DNA from: a virus
DNA: 64,000 bases
Direction: 5' to 3' (one strand)
Virus record (IMG/VR): IMGVR_UViG_3300042863_003045
Span: 1 to 64,000 of that record
Below are positions 39,307 to 49,991 of the stretch, piece after piece. The translations under genes were made by a program, and so were the position numbers. A model generated the notes under the pieces. It made no database searches. It saw only the letters and a program-made list of their open reading frames with translations, and had not been told where the DNA came from. How positions within the stretch are numbered: position 1 is the stretch's first letter; each line of letters starts with the position of its first letter.

Positions 39307-39765
39307 ATGAGATATTTAAAGACTTTTGAAAACTTTGATTTTGACTTTGATTCTATAGATTTAGATGAGTCAGAATATTTATATGTAGAAGATTCTCAAA
39401 TTCCAAATGCCGGAAAAGGATTGTTTACATCAATTGATATAGAAAAAAATGAGATAATATCCAAATTCATAGGAGATATTTTATCAGATTATGAAGCAGA
39501 TATCAGAGCTGATAGAGGTGATGATGATTATTTCATGAATTTACCATCTGGTGAAATATTAGATTGTAAATTATCAGATTGTTTTGCTAAATATGCCAAT
39601 GATTCAGAAGGAATAAATAGTGGATTTAAGAATAATTCGTTTATTTCAATGGATGATGAAGATAATGTTGTTTTGGTTGCTAAGAGAGATATTTCGGCTG
39701 GTGAGGAAATATTTGTTAGTTATGGAAAAAAATATTGGAAAAGAAATAAATATAGAATAGTTTAG
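39307..39765 (+). CDS. SET-domain methyltransferase with leader
   Basis: SQIPNAGKGLFT, AKYAND, AKRDISAGEEIFVSYG..YW; MRYLKTFENF. Confidence 0.85.
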   Translation: MRYLKTFENFDFDFDSIDLDESEYLYVEDSQIPNAGKGLFTSIDIEKNEIISKFIGDILSDYEADIRADRGDDDYFMNLPSGEILDCKLSDCFAKYANDSEGINSGFKNNSFISMDDEDNVVLVAKRDISAGEEIFVSYGKKYWKRNKYRIV

Positions 39766-39768
39766 ATA

Positions 39769-40386
39769 ATGAGATATATAAAAAAATTTGAAAATTATAA
39801 TAACAATTCAATACTAATAATTGTTGACGTACAGAGATCATTTCGATCATTCTTTACAGAAATGTATATTCATAAATTAAAGGAATATTGCAAACAATTC
39901 ACAGAAGTATATCAGATTTTCGATAACCATCATGAAGGCAAAAATGTTGATAAAGATTATCTATATGATGATAATCCAGATATTCCAATCAGTGATGAAC
40001 TCTATACATTTCCAAACCAAAAAGATATAATCGAAAAAAGATATAACTATGATGTGAATGTTGATTTTTATAAAAAAATCTTAGATAAAGAAACTTATAA
40101 AGAATCTAAAGAAAAAGAAGATAATAACACTTTAAAGAAAGGAGATTTGTTTAAAACAACCGAGGGAACTGCAATAGTTTATATCGGGAATAATCATAAT
40201 TGGTTTCATATTCCTAAAAAGCTTTATGAACTATTTTCAAATATTAATGGAAAAGAAATTGTGATTTCCGGAGGAAGTGATTCCGAATGTTTACAAGATA
40301 TTTACATTTCTGCTAAATCGATGGGAGTTGATATTAAAAGAGATCATAGATTCATATATTCTGCATCACATTGTCCTATAAGGTAA
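39769..40386 (+). CDS. Isochorismatase/nicotinamidase-like cysteine hydrolase with leader
   Basis: LIIVDVQ, IEK, VISGGSDSECL (D-K-C triad); MRYIKKFENY. Confidence 0.65.
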   Translation: MRYIKKFENYNNNSILIIVDVQRSFRSFFTEMYIHKLKEYCKQFTEVYQIFDNHHEGKNVDKDYLYDDNPDIPISDELYTFPNQKDIIEKRYNYDVNVDFYKKILDKETYKESKEKEDNNTLKKGDLFKTTEGTAIVYIGNNHNWFHIPKKLYELFSNINGKEIVISGGSDSECLQDIYISAKSMGVDIKRDHRFIYSASHCPIR

Positions 40387-40415
40387 TTTGAAAAATAAAA
40401 AATAAAATATATCAT

Positions 40416-40661
40416 ATGCCATCAAAATCAAAATCTCAACAACGTTTAATGGGAGCAGCTTACGCTTATGCTACTGGAAAAAACAAAGATGTTCCAGAAG
40501 AAATAAAAAATGTTGCTAAATCATTTATGAAATCTGGAAAAAAGAAAGGAAAAAAGGCTCTTAGAGATTTTGCCAAAACAAAACATAAGAGCCTTCCTGA
40601 GAAAATAAAAGAGAATTTTAATCACATATTATCATTTGATGATTTCAAATGTTCAGAATAA
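40416..40661 (+). CDS. Small basic conserved phage protein (DUF3008-like)
   Basis: MPSKSKSQQRLMG...DFAKTKHKSLPEK; C-terminal HILSFDDF motif. Confidence 0.6.
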   Translation: MPSKSKSQQRLMGAAYAYATGKNKDVPEEIKNVAKSFMKSGKKKGKKALRDFAKTKHKSLPEKIKENFNHILSFDDFKCSE

Positions 40662-40810
40662 GAAATTGATTTATCAAATGATTCTGAAAGATAATCTGTA
40701 TAAGAAATTGATTTATCAATGCTCTCAGAAATATATTCTGAATACTGAATCCGTTTTGAAAACTTTCTCTTTTCTTTGATCTTTTTTATACTATCCTTTA
40801 GATCATTCAT
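40622..40810 (-). CDS. Small protein with 14-aa repeats (start revised to 40810)
   Basis: YSEYISESIDKSIS / YTDYLSESFDKSIS / YSEHL. Confidence 0.45.
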   Translation of the reverse strand: MNDLKDSIKKIKEKRKFSKRIQYSEYISESIDKSISYTDYLSESFDKSISYSEHLKSSNDNM

Positions 40811-41462
40811 CAATTGTCTCTGTGTTTGTTGGTAGAACTTCAGCCATAAGGAGATCACTTCCATCTAAAGTAAGTGCCCATTTTTGAATATCTTCTACCA
40901 AAGACTTTGCTTTTGCGTCATAATAGTTGATTATCTTAGAAGCATCTCCGATTCTATTTAGAAGTGAAGCAAAAGTACGAGCTTCTTTTGTAAGACCTTT
41001 TACTTTATAACCTTGTATAAGATGATAAACATATGTCAATTCGGTTGCATTCATCTTAACCGCGACAAGCTCACTATCATTCTTAAATTTAGTGTCGTAT
41101 ATAGACTTTAGCATATTATCCAATTCCAATGCCACAAAAAGTGTATTAACATCAAATTCTAATTTTTTCAACAATAAATCACTAAGAAGATTGTATTGTG
41201 GTCGATTAAAATAGAAATTGAATTTTGCTTCTCTAAGCTCATTCTTATAATCTACATAAAGTGATTGAGCATTTGCATAAATCAAATCCTTCTCTATATC
41301 ACTCATTCCAACTCCATTGTTGTCACTCATGTATTTTTCTACAGATTCCATTTTAGAATCTAGACTAGATTCAACATCAAAATCCATTATTCTAAACATT
41401 TCTTCATTTTCAAAGAATGTCAACTCTGGTTTATTCACTACATTTTCAAATTTTTCTTTCAT
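40803..41462 (-). CDS. Hypothetical protein
   Basis: 219 aa ORF in operon. Confidence 0.65.
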   Translation of the reverse strand: MKEKFENVVNKPELTFFENEEMFRIMDFDVESSLDSKMESVEKYMSDNNGVGMSDIEKDLIYANAQSLYVDYKNELREAKFNFYFNRPQYNLLSDLLLKKLEFDVNTLFVALELDNMLKSIYDTKFKNDSELVAVKMNATELTYVYHLIQGYKVKGLTKEARTFASLLNRIGDASKIINYYDAKAKSLVEDIQKWALTLDGSDLLMAEVLPTNTETIDE

Positions 41463-41473
41463 TTTTCTTTTTT

Positions 41474-41734
41474 TTATTTTTTTAATCCTAATTCTTCAAC
41501 TAGTAAATTTAGTGATTCTAATTTATCTTTAGATTCACAATATTGTGTAACCCATCTATCATGTTCACTCAATAAGTCAGAATGCTCACCAATTGCTGCT
41601 AAATTTGCATTTGATAGATACAAAGATAAGTTTGCTTTTGATTCTTCCATTTGAGACTCATATTTTTTAGTAAGGGCACTTATATAAATTTTTGATATAT
41701 TCATAATTTTTCTTTTTTCTTTTTTAAAAATCAA
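41474..41734 (-). CDS. Small conserved phage protein
   Basis: ANL.LYL.N...IGEHSDL..E motif seen in T4-like phages. Confidence 0.6.
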   Translation of the reverse strand: MIFKKEKRKIMNISKIYISALTKKYESQMEESKANLSLYLSNANLAAIGEHSDLLSEHDRWVTQYCESKDKLESLNLLVEELGLKK

Positions 41735-42149
41735 ATTCTTCTACACCGTCCGACTTTTGTTTTTGGTATAGATCTTCAACTTGATTTGCTCTCATTACTT
41801 TTTCAGTTCCCCATTTATTAATAATACTAGCGAAAGTATTAAGATCCGGCCTGATCATCTTAATCTTACCACTTTCAACATTAATTGAAACTTTATCCAA
41901 TTCCTGTTCAATTAGAATTTTTATCGATTCTGCATCAAAAATATTTAAAAGATCTTCATTCATCATCACCAATAATTCTTTTCCTAATAGGAAAGAATAT
42001 TGATCAGGCAATTTTGCGATCTTTATTAATTGTTTTTGACTCTCAGATCCAACAAACTGAAATCCAACTTGGATTGGAAAAGATTTAGTATTAAAAACAC
42101 TATTGAACTGATTAACAGTATCATCACTTAATTCATAAAATTTGTTCAT
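41724..42149 (-). CDS. Phage metallopeptidase-like protein, apparently inactive
   Basis: ILIEQELDKV...RPDLNTFASIINKWG parallels HELxH...HDxxxF..I..xG but lacks the His residues. Confidence 0.4.
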   Translation of the reverse strand: MNKFYELSDDTVNQFNSVFNTKSFPIQVGFQFVGSESQKQLIKIAKLPDQYSFLLGKELLVMMNEDLLNIFDAESIKILIEQELDKVSINVESGKIKMIRPDLNTFASIINKWGTEKVMRANQVEDLYQKQKSDGVEEFDF

Positions 42150-42188
42150 ATTCTTTTTCTTTATTATAAGTAAAAATGGTTAATTTGT

Positions 42189-42617
42189 TTAAAAAAATAT
42201 TAATTTAATAATATAAATTAATAAAATAAAAGAGCATATTGGCAAAAGTATTCTATAAATAATCTTATTGATTTCCAAAGAATCTAATTGTTTATATCCT
42301 ATTATAATAAGATAGGAATACTTTTCAACTTTTTTAACAGGTTCGTAAAAATCATATAATTCTGATAATCCAATTGAATTTAAGTAAGTACTTAATTTAG
42401 AAACATATTCTCTTATATAAGATTCTGAAATTTTATCAACATCAGATTTTTTAAGATCATAAGCTTCTCCTATCTCATCACTAGGCACATTCAGTACTGT
42501 ATATAGACGATCCGCATTATCGATTCTAATATTGAAATTAGACTTTAATTCAACTCTTTTGGATTTAATTATTCTTTTAAAGAAGAAATAGTTTTTAATA
42601 TCTTTAATTAAGCTCAT
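42189..42617 (-). CDS. Hypothetical protein with C-terminal TM
   Basis: RIDNADRLYTVLNVP; hydrophobic C-terminus. Confidence 0.6.
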   Translation of the reverse strand: MSLIKDIKNYFFFKRIIKSKRVELKSNFNIRIDNADRLYTVLNVPSDEIGEAYDLKKSDVDKISESYIREYVSKLSTYLNSIGLSELYDFYEPVKKVEKYSYLIIIGYKQLDSLEINKIIYRILLPICSFILLIYIIKLIFF

Positions 42618-42632
42618 ATCATGTATATAAAA

Positions 42633-45600
42633 TTATTCCAATTTGTTTAATTTTGAAAATTTAACATCTATCTTTGAATAATCTACTGCATAATATCCAT
42701 TTTTATCATCCACAAGAGCTGATTCAAATTCTGTTCCTATAAGTTCTTGTGCAATAACACCCACATAAATCTGATGTGAATTGAATTTGTATGTGAACTC
42801 ATATATGTTTATTCCAAGAGGAGAAGTTCCTATTTTTCTTATAATGTTTTTAAGTCTTCTATCAGAAGAAGATACTTGTATATTCCTTTCATTTGTTGAG
42901 TTGTCCATTAAATAATTCCTAAGATCACCACTTACAACACTTGAAATACTTGATAAAATACCCGTCATATTATCCATTTTTTTACCAAGTTTCTGCAGCT
43001 CAACTATATTAGGATCAGATTTAGAAGTTCCACCAGATGTTTTTACTGTACTTTTTTCACTTGTTGATTTTTTCTGATCTTCAAAATCCTTTATTAATTC
43101 AGCAAATACACCACCCTTTTCTTCTATCCTGGTAAGAACATCTTCCAACATATCAGGATCCATAAGTGATAGCATAATCATATTACTCGACATTCCCTTT
43201 ACCAATGAAAGTTTCTCAACATCCAATCCTTGAATAGAATTAGAAAATTTATTCATAGTAGATCCTAATTTATCAAAGGCAATTGCCAACATTGTTATAT
43301 TTGAGACAGCTTGTTCTAATGGAGTTTTTCCACCGAAAAAAGATGAAATACTCCCCATTATTCCACCAGAACCCAATCCACTGAAATTAAGTAATGAAAT
43401 TATATCTTGAAATTTCTGAAGCGCATAAATAGTTCCATCAATCCATTCTGGTTTTGGATATTTAGTATAATCCCCTTTCGATATTTCTAATGATATCTCA
43501 TTTATGGATTCACCAATTGATTTTAAAGTGCTCTTTATTTTTCTAGGACTTATAGACTTACCCGAAAGTAATTCAAAAACTGGAACAAAAGCTTGTATCG
43601 ATCCTGAAACCCCTCTTACCCATTCTTCTGGTGGTGGATTTAAAAAGCTAGCATTTGATTTTGAGAAAATATTGGCAGATTCTATAAGACCTTCTGTTAT
43701 CATAAGTATAGCACCTTTCATATCACCCACGGATGGTCCAGAACTAAATATTCCAGAACTTTTTGCGAGTACCTCAAAAACAGGAGTAAATGCACTTAAA
43801 GCACCACCAACTCCTCTCACCCAAGATTCTGTCGGACCTCCACTCCAGATATCACCAACACCTGCAAATTTCTGACCGGAAGTTATTATACCATCTGTGA
43901 TAGTACTTATTGCATCTGAAAATTCTTTAGGTCCAACACCACCGAATAATATTTTATTCGCCATTAACATGCCATAAACTGGAAGAAATGCTCCCAATGC
44001 CAATGATATTCCAGATGACCATTCTTTTGTCGGACCGCCTTTATAATCTCCTGTTGCTAATGTGAATGAAATGTCTGATATAGTTTGAGCAATTCCTTTG
44101 ATAGAAGATATACCTACTTCCAAAGTACCAGAATCAATTCCACCGATAACCATAATACCCATGGAAAAAGCAATTAAACTCATGCCAACGCCAGATGACC
44201 ATTCTTTTGTCGGACCACCTTTATAATCTCCGGTTGCCAATGTGAATGAAATATCTGATATAGTTTGAGCAATTCCTTTGATAGAAGATATTCCTGATTC
44301 TAAATCATCAGAATCTATTCCACCGATAACCATAATGCCCATGGAAAAAGCAATTAAACTCATGCCAACTCCAGATGACCATTCTAAACCAGGATACTTT
44401 GTGTAATCACCACTTGATATCATCTTATCAACAATTGGTATAGCCATAGCTATTGACAGTACGGCTTCTATACCAGCATCAATTGGATTCTCTACTAATC
44501 CAAGACTAAATGTACTTGCTATACCTCCTACTGAATTCACAACACCAAGTAAAACAACTGCTGCTCCAAAAAGAATCAAAGATGTTCCAACTCCTTTAGC
44601 CCAATCTAAACCAGGATACTTAGTATAATCACCACCTGATAATATCTTATCTACTGCAACTATTGTTCCAGCGATTCCCACAATTGCTAAAGCACCAGCT
44701 GCTAAAACTACCGCACCAGCACCAGTTGATACTATTAAACCAAGTACAAGTGCTGCCATTCCAAATCCAACTAAAGAAAGTCCAACTCCTAAAGCCCACG
44801 AAAGATTAGGATAAGTAGAATAATCACCTAATGATAGAATTCTAGATGTTAACATAATAACGGTTGCAATAACTGCAATAGAAATTCCACCTTTTATGAA
44901 ATCACCAGGACTTCCAAGTTTACTCATAGAAAAACTCAAAAGTCCAAACGCAAGTATAGATAGTCCAGTGGACATTCCCCACATTAAATCAGGAAACTTT
45001 TCATAACTACCTAAAGATAAAATCAATGAAGCTAACATTATTGTTGATGCTAAAATTAATATTGATTTACCACCCTTTATGAACTCATTTACATCACCCA
45101 TCTTATTCACCGCTTTTACAGCCAAAGCTAGTACTACAACAGAAAGTGATATTGATGCAGATAATAAAAGAAATTTAAAAATACTTGAAATTTCAACTGG
45201 TGCCATACCCATCAAAATCCAAGAAGCGAGAGTAACTGCAGCGGTAAGTGCGAGTATAACAATAGTTCCTTTTTCAATATCCACATAATTTACATCCTTT
45301 ATACCAGATAATAAGGGTTTTACAGCATAAGAAAGAACTACGAATGTTGCAGATATAAGAATTGCTGTTAGTGCCTGAAATAATCCTATCGGAACAATCG
45401 CTTGAAAATACCAAGAAGCTCCTACGATGGCTAGTGATAATGCAATAAGAACTATTGGGATAGCTGCAGCAGCTATCGCCGCAGTTGCAGGATCAATTCC
45501 TTTAAAAGATTCTATCAATTTCCCTATTCCATAAGCCATAACTCCAAAAGCAGCTGCTATCAGAATGGCGGTTAGTGCTTGGAATAATCCTATTGGAACA

Positions 45601-46349
45601 ACTGCTTGTAAAATAACTGATGACGCGACGATGGCGATGGATGTTGCTATAAGAACAATAGGAAGTAAGAATGAACCTTGTATAGCAACAGCAGGATCAA
45701 TTTTTCCAAGAGCATTTAATAAAAATCCAAGACCAACTGCGGCTGCGCCAAATGCAGCAGCAATAAATACAACAGTTATAAGTTGAAAAAGACCTACTGG
45801 AACAACACCAGCAAGTATTCTTGATGACACCATTATAGCAAAAGACATCGCCACAAGAGCAACAGTCGCGCCAACAATTTTACCTGCATCAATTCCCTCT
45901 ACTTTTGAAATTCTTGCAAAAGCCTCTGCCATTAGCGGTAGAGCAAATGCAATTGCAAGTACAGAAAGAAAATCGACACTTCCAATAAGTTTAAAAGCCA
46001 ACCCAATCGCTAAAATAGCACCTGCAATCAATCCAATGACAGCAACCCCATCTTTTATCATTTGTTTGGTCTTACCACCACCAGCTTCTTCAAAAACCTT
46101 ACTTTCGCCGGATGTTTGTTGTTTTTGTAATTTTATTATAGTTTCTTGATTATCTAAAATCTTTTTAGTATCTTCTTTTATAGATTTTATTCCTTCATTT
46201 ATCTCTACTAATTGTTTTGAAAAATCCCCTGATTGTAATGAGTTTCCTACATCAGATTTTACAGGCGATTTTGATTTATCAAGAGATTCACTTAACTGTT
46301 CAAGTGCAATAGAAATATTATTAAGAGCATCAAGTAGCTTTTGGTCCAT
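42633..46349 (-). CDS. Tape-measure-like protein with C-terminal peptidase S74 (intramolecular chaperone) domain
   Basis: Long Ala/Gly/Ile-rich hydrophobic repeats; SDRRLKNI...GVIAQEL...VDYSKI tail. Confidence 0.65.
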   Translation of the reverse strand: MDQKLLDALNNISIALEQLSESLDKSKSPVKSDVGNSLQSGDFSKQLVEINEGIKSIKEDTKKILDNQETIIKLQKQQTSGESKVFEEAGGGKTKQMIKDGVAVIGLIAGAILAIGLAFKLIGSVDFLSVLAIAFALPLMAEAFARISKVEGIDAGKIVGATVALVAMSFAIMVSSRILAGVVPVGLFQLITVVFIAAAFGAAAVGLGFLLNALGKIDPAVAIQGSFLLPIVLIATSIAIVASSVILQAVVPIGLFQALTAILIAAAFGVMAYGIGKLIESFKGIDPATAAIAAAAIPIVLIALSLAIVGASWYFQAIVPIGLFQALTAILISATFVVLSYAVKPLLSGIKDVNYVDIEKGTIVILALTAAVTLASWILMGMAPVEISSIFKFLLLSASISLSVVVLALAVKAVNKMGDVNEFIKGGKSILILASTIMLASLILSLGSYEKFPDLMWGMSTGLSILAFGLLSFSMSKLGSPGDFIKGGISIAVIATVIMLTSRILSLGDYSTYPNLSWALGVGLSLVGFGMAALVLGLIVSTGAGAVVLAAGALAIVGIAGTIVAVDKILSGGDYTKYPGLDWAKGVGTSLILFGAAVVLLGVVNSVGGIASTFSLGLVENPIDAGIEAVLSIAMAIPIVDKMISSGDYTKYPGLEWSSGVGMSLIAFSMGIMVIGGIDSDDLESGISSIKGIAQTISDISFTLATGDYKGGPTKEWSSGVGMSLIAFSMGIMVIGGIDSGTLEVGISSIKGIAQTISDISFTLATGDYKGGPTKEWSSGISLALGAFLPVYGMLMANKILFGGVGPKEFSDAISTITDGIITSGQKFAGVGDIWSGGPTESWVRGVGGALSAFTPVFEVLAKSSGIFSSGPSVGDMKGAILMITEGLIESANIFSKSNASFLNPPPEEWVRGVSGSIQAFVPVFELLSGKSISPRKIKSTLKSIGESINEISLEISKGDYTKYPKPEWIDGTIYALQKFQDIISLLNFSGLGSGGIMGSISSFFGGKTPLEQAVSNITMLAIAFDKLGSTMNKFSNSIQGLDVEKLSLVKGMSSNMIMLSLMDPDMLEDVLTRIEEKGGVFAELIKDFEDQKKSTSEKSTVKTSGGTSKSDPNIVELQKLGKKMDNMTGILSSISSVVSGDLRNYLMDNSTNERNIQVSSSDRRLKNIIRKIGTSPLGINIYEFTYKFNSHQIYVGVIAQELIGTEFESALVDDKNGYYAVDYSKIDVKFSKLNKLE
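44011..44385. repeat. 180 bp (60 aa) tandem duplication
   Basis: CCAGATGACCATTCT recurs at 44011, 44191 and 44371. Confidence 0.9.
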
Positions 46350-46408
46350 ATCTAACTTTTATTTATAAAGTATATATAAAATATATTCTATTCTTTAATA
46401 TATACTAT

Positions 46409-46888
46409 ATGAAAAAACAAGTCAATGTCATGAACTTTAAAAAATTCCTTTCCTATTTCAGTTTGAAAGAATCTTATTTCAAAGATTCTAAACTTAATTC
46501 AATACTTGATAAGATGAACAAAGGTGTATCAATAACTAGTCGTGAGCAGAATTTTCTCGACAACTATGATAACATCATAGATGATGAATTTAAAGATGTA
46601 AAGATGCTTACAGCAAATTCAACATTCAATCAAATTATAACACTTTTAGAAAGAAATAAAAAAATAATATGCAACATTTCTGATAGAAATGGCACAATTG
46701 GACTTCCCATAAAGAAGATTGAAAAGAATTATGAAAACGAAAAGATCATAATAGAAGTTTCCGGTGGTGAAAAATTAGAACTAAAAGATAATTTCTTTTA
46801 TGAGATAAATTATAACTTTGATAAAGACAATTACTCACTAGAAACATCAGATGAATTCTTTGAAAAAATACCAGTTAAGAATGATTAA
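46409..46888 (+). CDS. Hypothetical protein with leader-like motif and DUF6576-like helix pair
   Basis: MNFKKFLSYFSLKE; LNSILDKMNKGVSITSREQNFL. Confidence 0.55.
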   Translation: MKKQVNVMNFKKFLSYFSLKESYFKDSKLNSILDKMNKGVSITSREQNFLDNYDNIIDDEFKDVKMLTANSTFNQIITLLERNKKIICNISDRNGTIGLPIKKIEKNYENEKIIIEVSGGEKLELKDNFFYEINYNFDKDNYSLETSDEFFEKIPVKND

Positions 46889-47144
46889 AAGATTTAAGGA
46901 ATTCAATGAATCAATTTCAGGAACAGAATTTGTTGGATCATTTGGTCCAAATTATGGGGATACTCAAGTTAAAAACAAAACCATAAGTTCAAATGATACA
47001 TCAGTCATATATTCTGATCTAACTGGTGAAATATACACCCACGATGATTATAACTCAATCTATCAGGAATATTTGAAAATAGGAGGAGAACCTCTTCACG
47101 GATTTAATTTAGAGAATTTAAATAGAGTTATTTCATTTTTATAA
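46881..47144 (+). CDS. Small protein with leader (start revised to 46881)
   Basis: MIKRFKEFNES. Confidence 0.55.
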   Translation: MIKRFKEFNESISGTEFVGSFGPNYGDTQVKNKTISSNDTSVIYSDLTGEIYTHDDYNSIYQEYLKIGGEPLHGFNLENLNRVISFL

Positions 47145-49991
47145 TTCGCCATATGTTATTGTTTGCCAATATACTTCTCCTGTAAAAGAAGACATAGTGT
47201 TAGAATTTATAACAAATTGTGTATTTGCTTTAGAATCTACACTCCATGACAAAGCGTCTTCGCCTGAAATGTTTATTGAATAGCTATTATTTGGATAAGG
47301 GCTTGTAAAAATAACAGAAAAAGTTCCACTGGAAAAGGAAGCTCCATTAACTACACCTGATTTTATTATATTATTTCTTGTTAATGTTGATCTTTCATGT
47401 ATCTGTGAGAATGTTCCAAAATTTGTTACATTATCTACAATATAAGGAACATATACTGTGACTATGCCTCCATTAACTGTATTTCCACTTAATCCAATTG
47501 TCAACATAGATGGTTCCGATAATCTTATTGTACCAACTCTAGAACGGCTTTTAATTATTTTAGAAGAATTTATTTCAGTAACATTTGTATAGGGTATTAT
47601 AACTTCTCTAGAATCTGATAAACCAAATTCAGATAAAGACGGTGTTATTGATATTGGTGATGTTCCTGAAAGAGATCCACCAGAAGAAGACGATTGCACA
47701 GTACTTAATCCAACTGAAATAAAAGATGTCCCAGTTGTTGATATTGCGTTTTCTGTCATTATAAAAGCATCTTCCACAAATATTACAGATCCACTTGGAA
47801 ACACAGAAGATCCACCGACACCTGGAGAACTTATAGAACTCACTGAGAAATCATTACCTTGCTTCATATATCTTTTTGTATCAACAAAATCATGTCCGAG
47901 TGATGTTGAAGTTGTTATAAAATCATCCTCTAATCTATTTAATATCTCTCTTGTAACAAGATAATTATTAAAATTATCACTCCATCTAAAACTTAATTTT
48001 TGAGGAGGAATTCTACCAGGACCATACTCCAATAACCTTGTCCCATAGGAAACAGACCAAGTTCCTGATGTATGTACTCTAAGCGTGTCTGATAAAATGA
48101 ATTCAAAGTCTCTATTTATCCCACTTACAGATAGATTAGGATCAAGAGTAACAACAATATCCCCTGTTGGTGTTGCAAACGAATTGTTGCCAAAAAAATA
48201 GACCGTTGATGATGTTTCTCCCGCTATCAAAGTATATGATGTGGTTTGCGCCCAATTTCTTCTCAGTGTTGTTTCATTTAACGCTACATTATCCCTATAC
48301 CTTAATATATTTGTTGAATCATCCCACACAACAACTTTATCAATTGAATTATCATTTTCTAATATTCCAACTTTTGGCATTCCAGTCATTCCTATACTGA
48401 AATAATCATTTCCATAATAATCCGAAACATTAAATAATGTATTTGATGGTGTCTTACCAATTGATACTGATGGAAATCTAAATCCACCATCTATATCACC
48501 ATTTACATAAAGAACACGCCCCTCATCATTTCTTAGATCCATTAAAGTATGTGTATCCGAAATTCCACTATCAATAACAAATCTTGCCCAATTAGGATCA
48601 CCTAATGACAAATCTTGCTCTGATTCAATTCCATCAATCAATATACCAGATCCATTTATATGTAATTTCTTCAAAGGATCCGCAACCGATATGCCTAAAT
48701 ATCTGTCAAAAGTAGTAGATGATGTAGATGAAGGATAAGAACTTGATGTAGAATAAACTAAATCATCTGATTCAGTTACAACTCTCGCAGTAGCACCAAG
48801 AATCGGAATATACTTTAACTCACTCTCAAAAAGAATTCTACCTTCTTTACCATACTTTATCTCAGATATATCTATTTTTGTATTATCATCTGCAACTGTC
48901 AATAAATCATATATCTCAATATTGCCAACATTATTTATTGTTGAACCAGACGCAGCAATCAAAGCACCATTCGTTACAACAACTTTACCAGCAGTTCCAA
49001 TATCCAAAGTTCCACGAACCTCTAAATCACCATATATGTAATATAACTCATTATCCGGCACAGTAATTGTTTCAACTGACTCAATTATGTATTTTGGTCT
49101 TCCCTCAGGTAAAGTAGGGAAAACACTATTTATCTCTATTTCAGTTCCAGGACCATATGAAAAAGATATTCCAGTTCCAGCAATCAAATTTGCTGATATA
49201 ATTCTTTCTCCTAAACCACCAGTTGATATTGTTATTCCAGTTGCTCCAATTATCTCTGTTAATAATTCAATCTGTTGCAAAGTTCCAAAACTGAAAGTAG
49301 CAACCGAACCAGATCCTGTTAATTGACCATTCAAAATAGTTATATTTCCCCAAGAATCAATTCCACCATCAACATTAAGATCACCATAGATAAGATACTG
49401 AGAACCAGTACTTACACTTAGAGTAAGTCCTAAAGGCACATCATATCTAAGAGTCCAAGGCTCTTTTACAAACTCATATTTCGTCCATACTCCTTGTATA
49501 AATGAAAATATAGCATCAGTATCATCATCAACTCTTATCGTAGTACCTTCAGTTGGTATAGTTGGGTTCCAGTTTGAACCATCCCACTCAACAATATAAT
49601 CATCAAGACCCGACCAAAGACCTGATCCAGAACTAACTAAGTATCTATCACCAATAGTAGGCGATCCTGGAGGTGTTCCACTTATAGATATAACCGAATC
49701 TAACCATTCAGTAGTTGTTGGGACACCAGATATATTTATAATATCCCAGTTTAAGTTATCCGAAATATCAGGTGAACTTATTTGTTTTAATTGATAAAAA
49801 TCATCATCATTTATAATATAAACCAACATTCCGAATTGTCTTCTATCAGTTGTTATAAGATCTCTATCAGATAGAGTTTGCACTGAATGCAATCCACCTA
49901 AGATCTCATTGGATAAAGCAGTCGCAATTGTCATGCCAGGCGAAAGTGGCCTTATAGGTGATGAAATTAATGTTCCTTGATTTAATGGCAT
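47139..49991 (-). CDS. Tail fibre/structural protein
   Basis: GGLHSVQTLSDRD...RRQFGMLVY; PTIGDRYLV...WSG...EWDGSNW (DUF2793-like); S/T/G-rich beta repeats; C-terminal VIFTSPYPNNSYSI. Confidence 0.7.
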   Translation of the reverse strand: MPLNQGTLISSPIRPLSPGMTIATALSNEILGGLHSVQTLSDRDLITTDRRQFGMLVYIINDDDFYQLKQISSPDISDNLNWDIINISGVPTTTEWLDSVISISGTPPGSPTIGDRYLVSSGSGLWSGLDDYIVEWDGSNWNPTIPTEGTTIRVDDDTDAIFSFIQGVWTKYEFVKEPWTLRYDVPLGLTLSVSTGSQYLIYGDLNVDGGIDSWGNITILNGQLTGSGSVATFSFGTLQQIELLTEIIGATGITISTGGLGERIISANLIAGTGISFSYGPGTEIEINSVFPTLPEGRPKYIIESVETITVPDNELYYIYGDLEVRGTLDIGTAGKVVVTNGALIAASGSTINNVGNIEIYDLLTVADDNTKIDISEIKYGKEGRILFESELKYIPILGATARVVTESDDLVYSTSSSYPSSTSSTTFDRYLGISVADPLKKLHINGSGILIDGIESEQDLSLGDPNWARFVIDSGISDTHTLMDLRNDEGRVLYVNGDIDGGFRFPSVSIGKTPSNTLFNVSDYYGNDYFSIGMTGMPKVGILENDNSIDKVVVWDDSTNILRYRDNVALNETTLRRNWAQTTSYTLIAGETSSTVYFFGNNSFATPTGDIVVTLDPNLSVSGINRDFEFILSDTLRVHTSGTWSVSYGTRLLEYGPGRIPPQKLSFRWSDNFNNYLVTREILNRLEDDFITTSTSLGHDFVDTKRYMKQGNDFSVSSISSPGVGGSSVFPSGSVIFVEDAFIMTENAISTTGTSFISVGLSTVQSSSSGGSLSGTSPISITPSLSEFGLSDSREVIIPYTNVTEINSSKIIKSRSRVGTIRLSEPSMLTIGLSGNTVNGGIVTVYVPYIVDNVTNFGTFSQIHERSTLTRNNIIKSGVVNGASFSSGTFSVIFTSPYPNNSYSINISGEDALSWSVDSKANTQFVINSNTMSSFTGEVYWQTITYGEL

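Noticed and set aside
44011-44385. DGR template/variable repeat or CRISPR array
   Set aside because: In-frame tandem coding duplication; no unique spacers, reverse transcriptase or cas genes in the window
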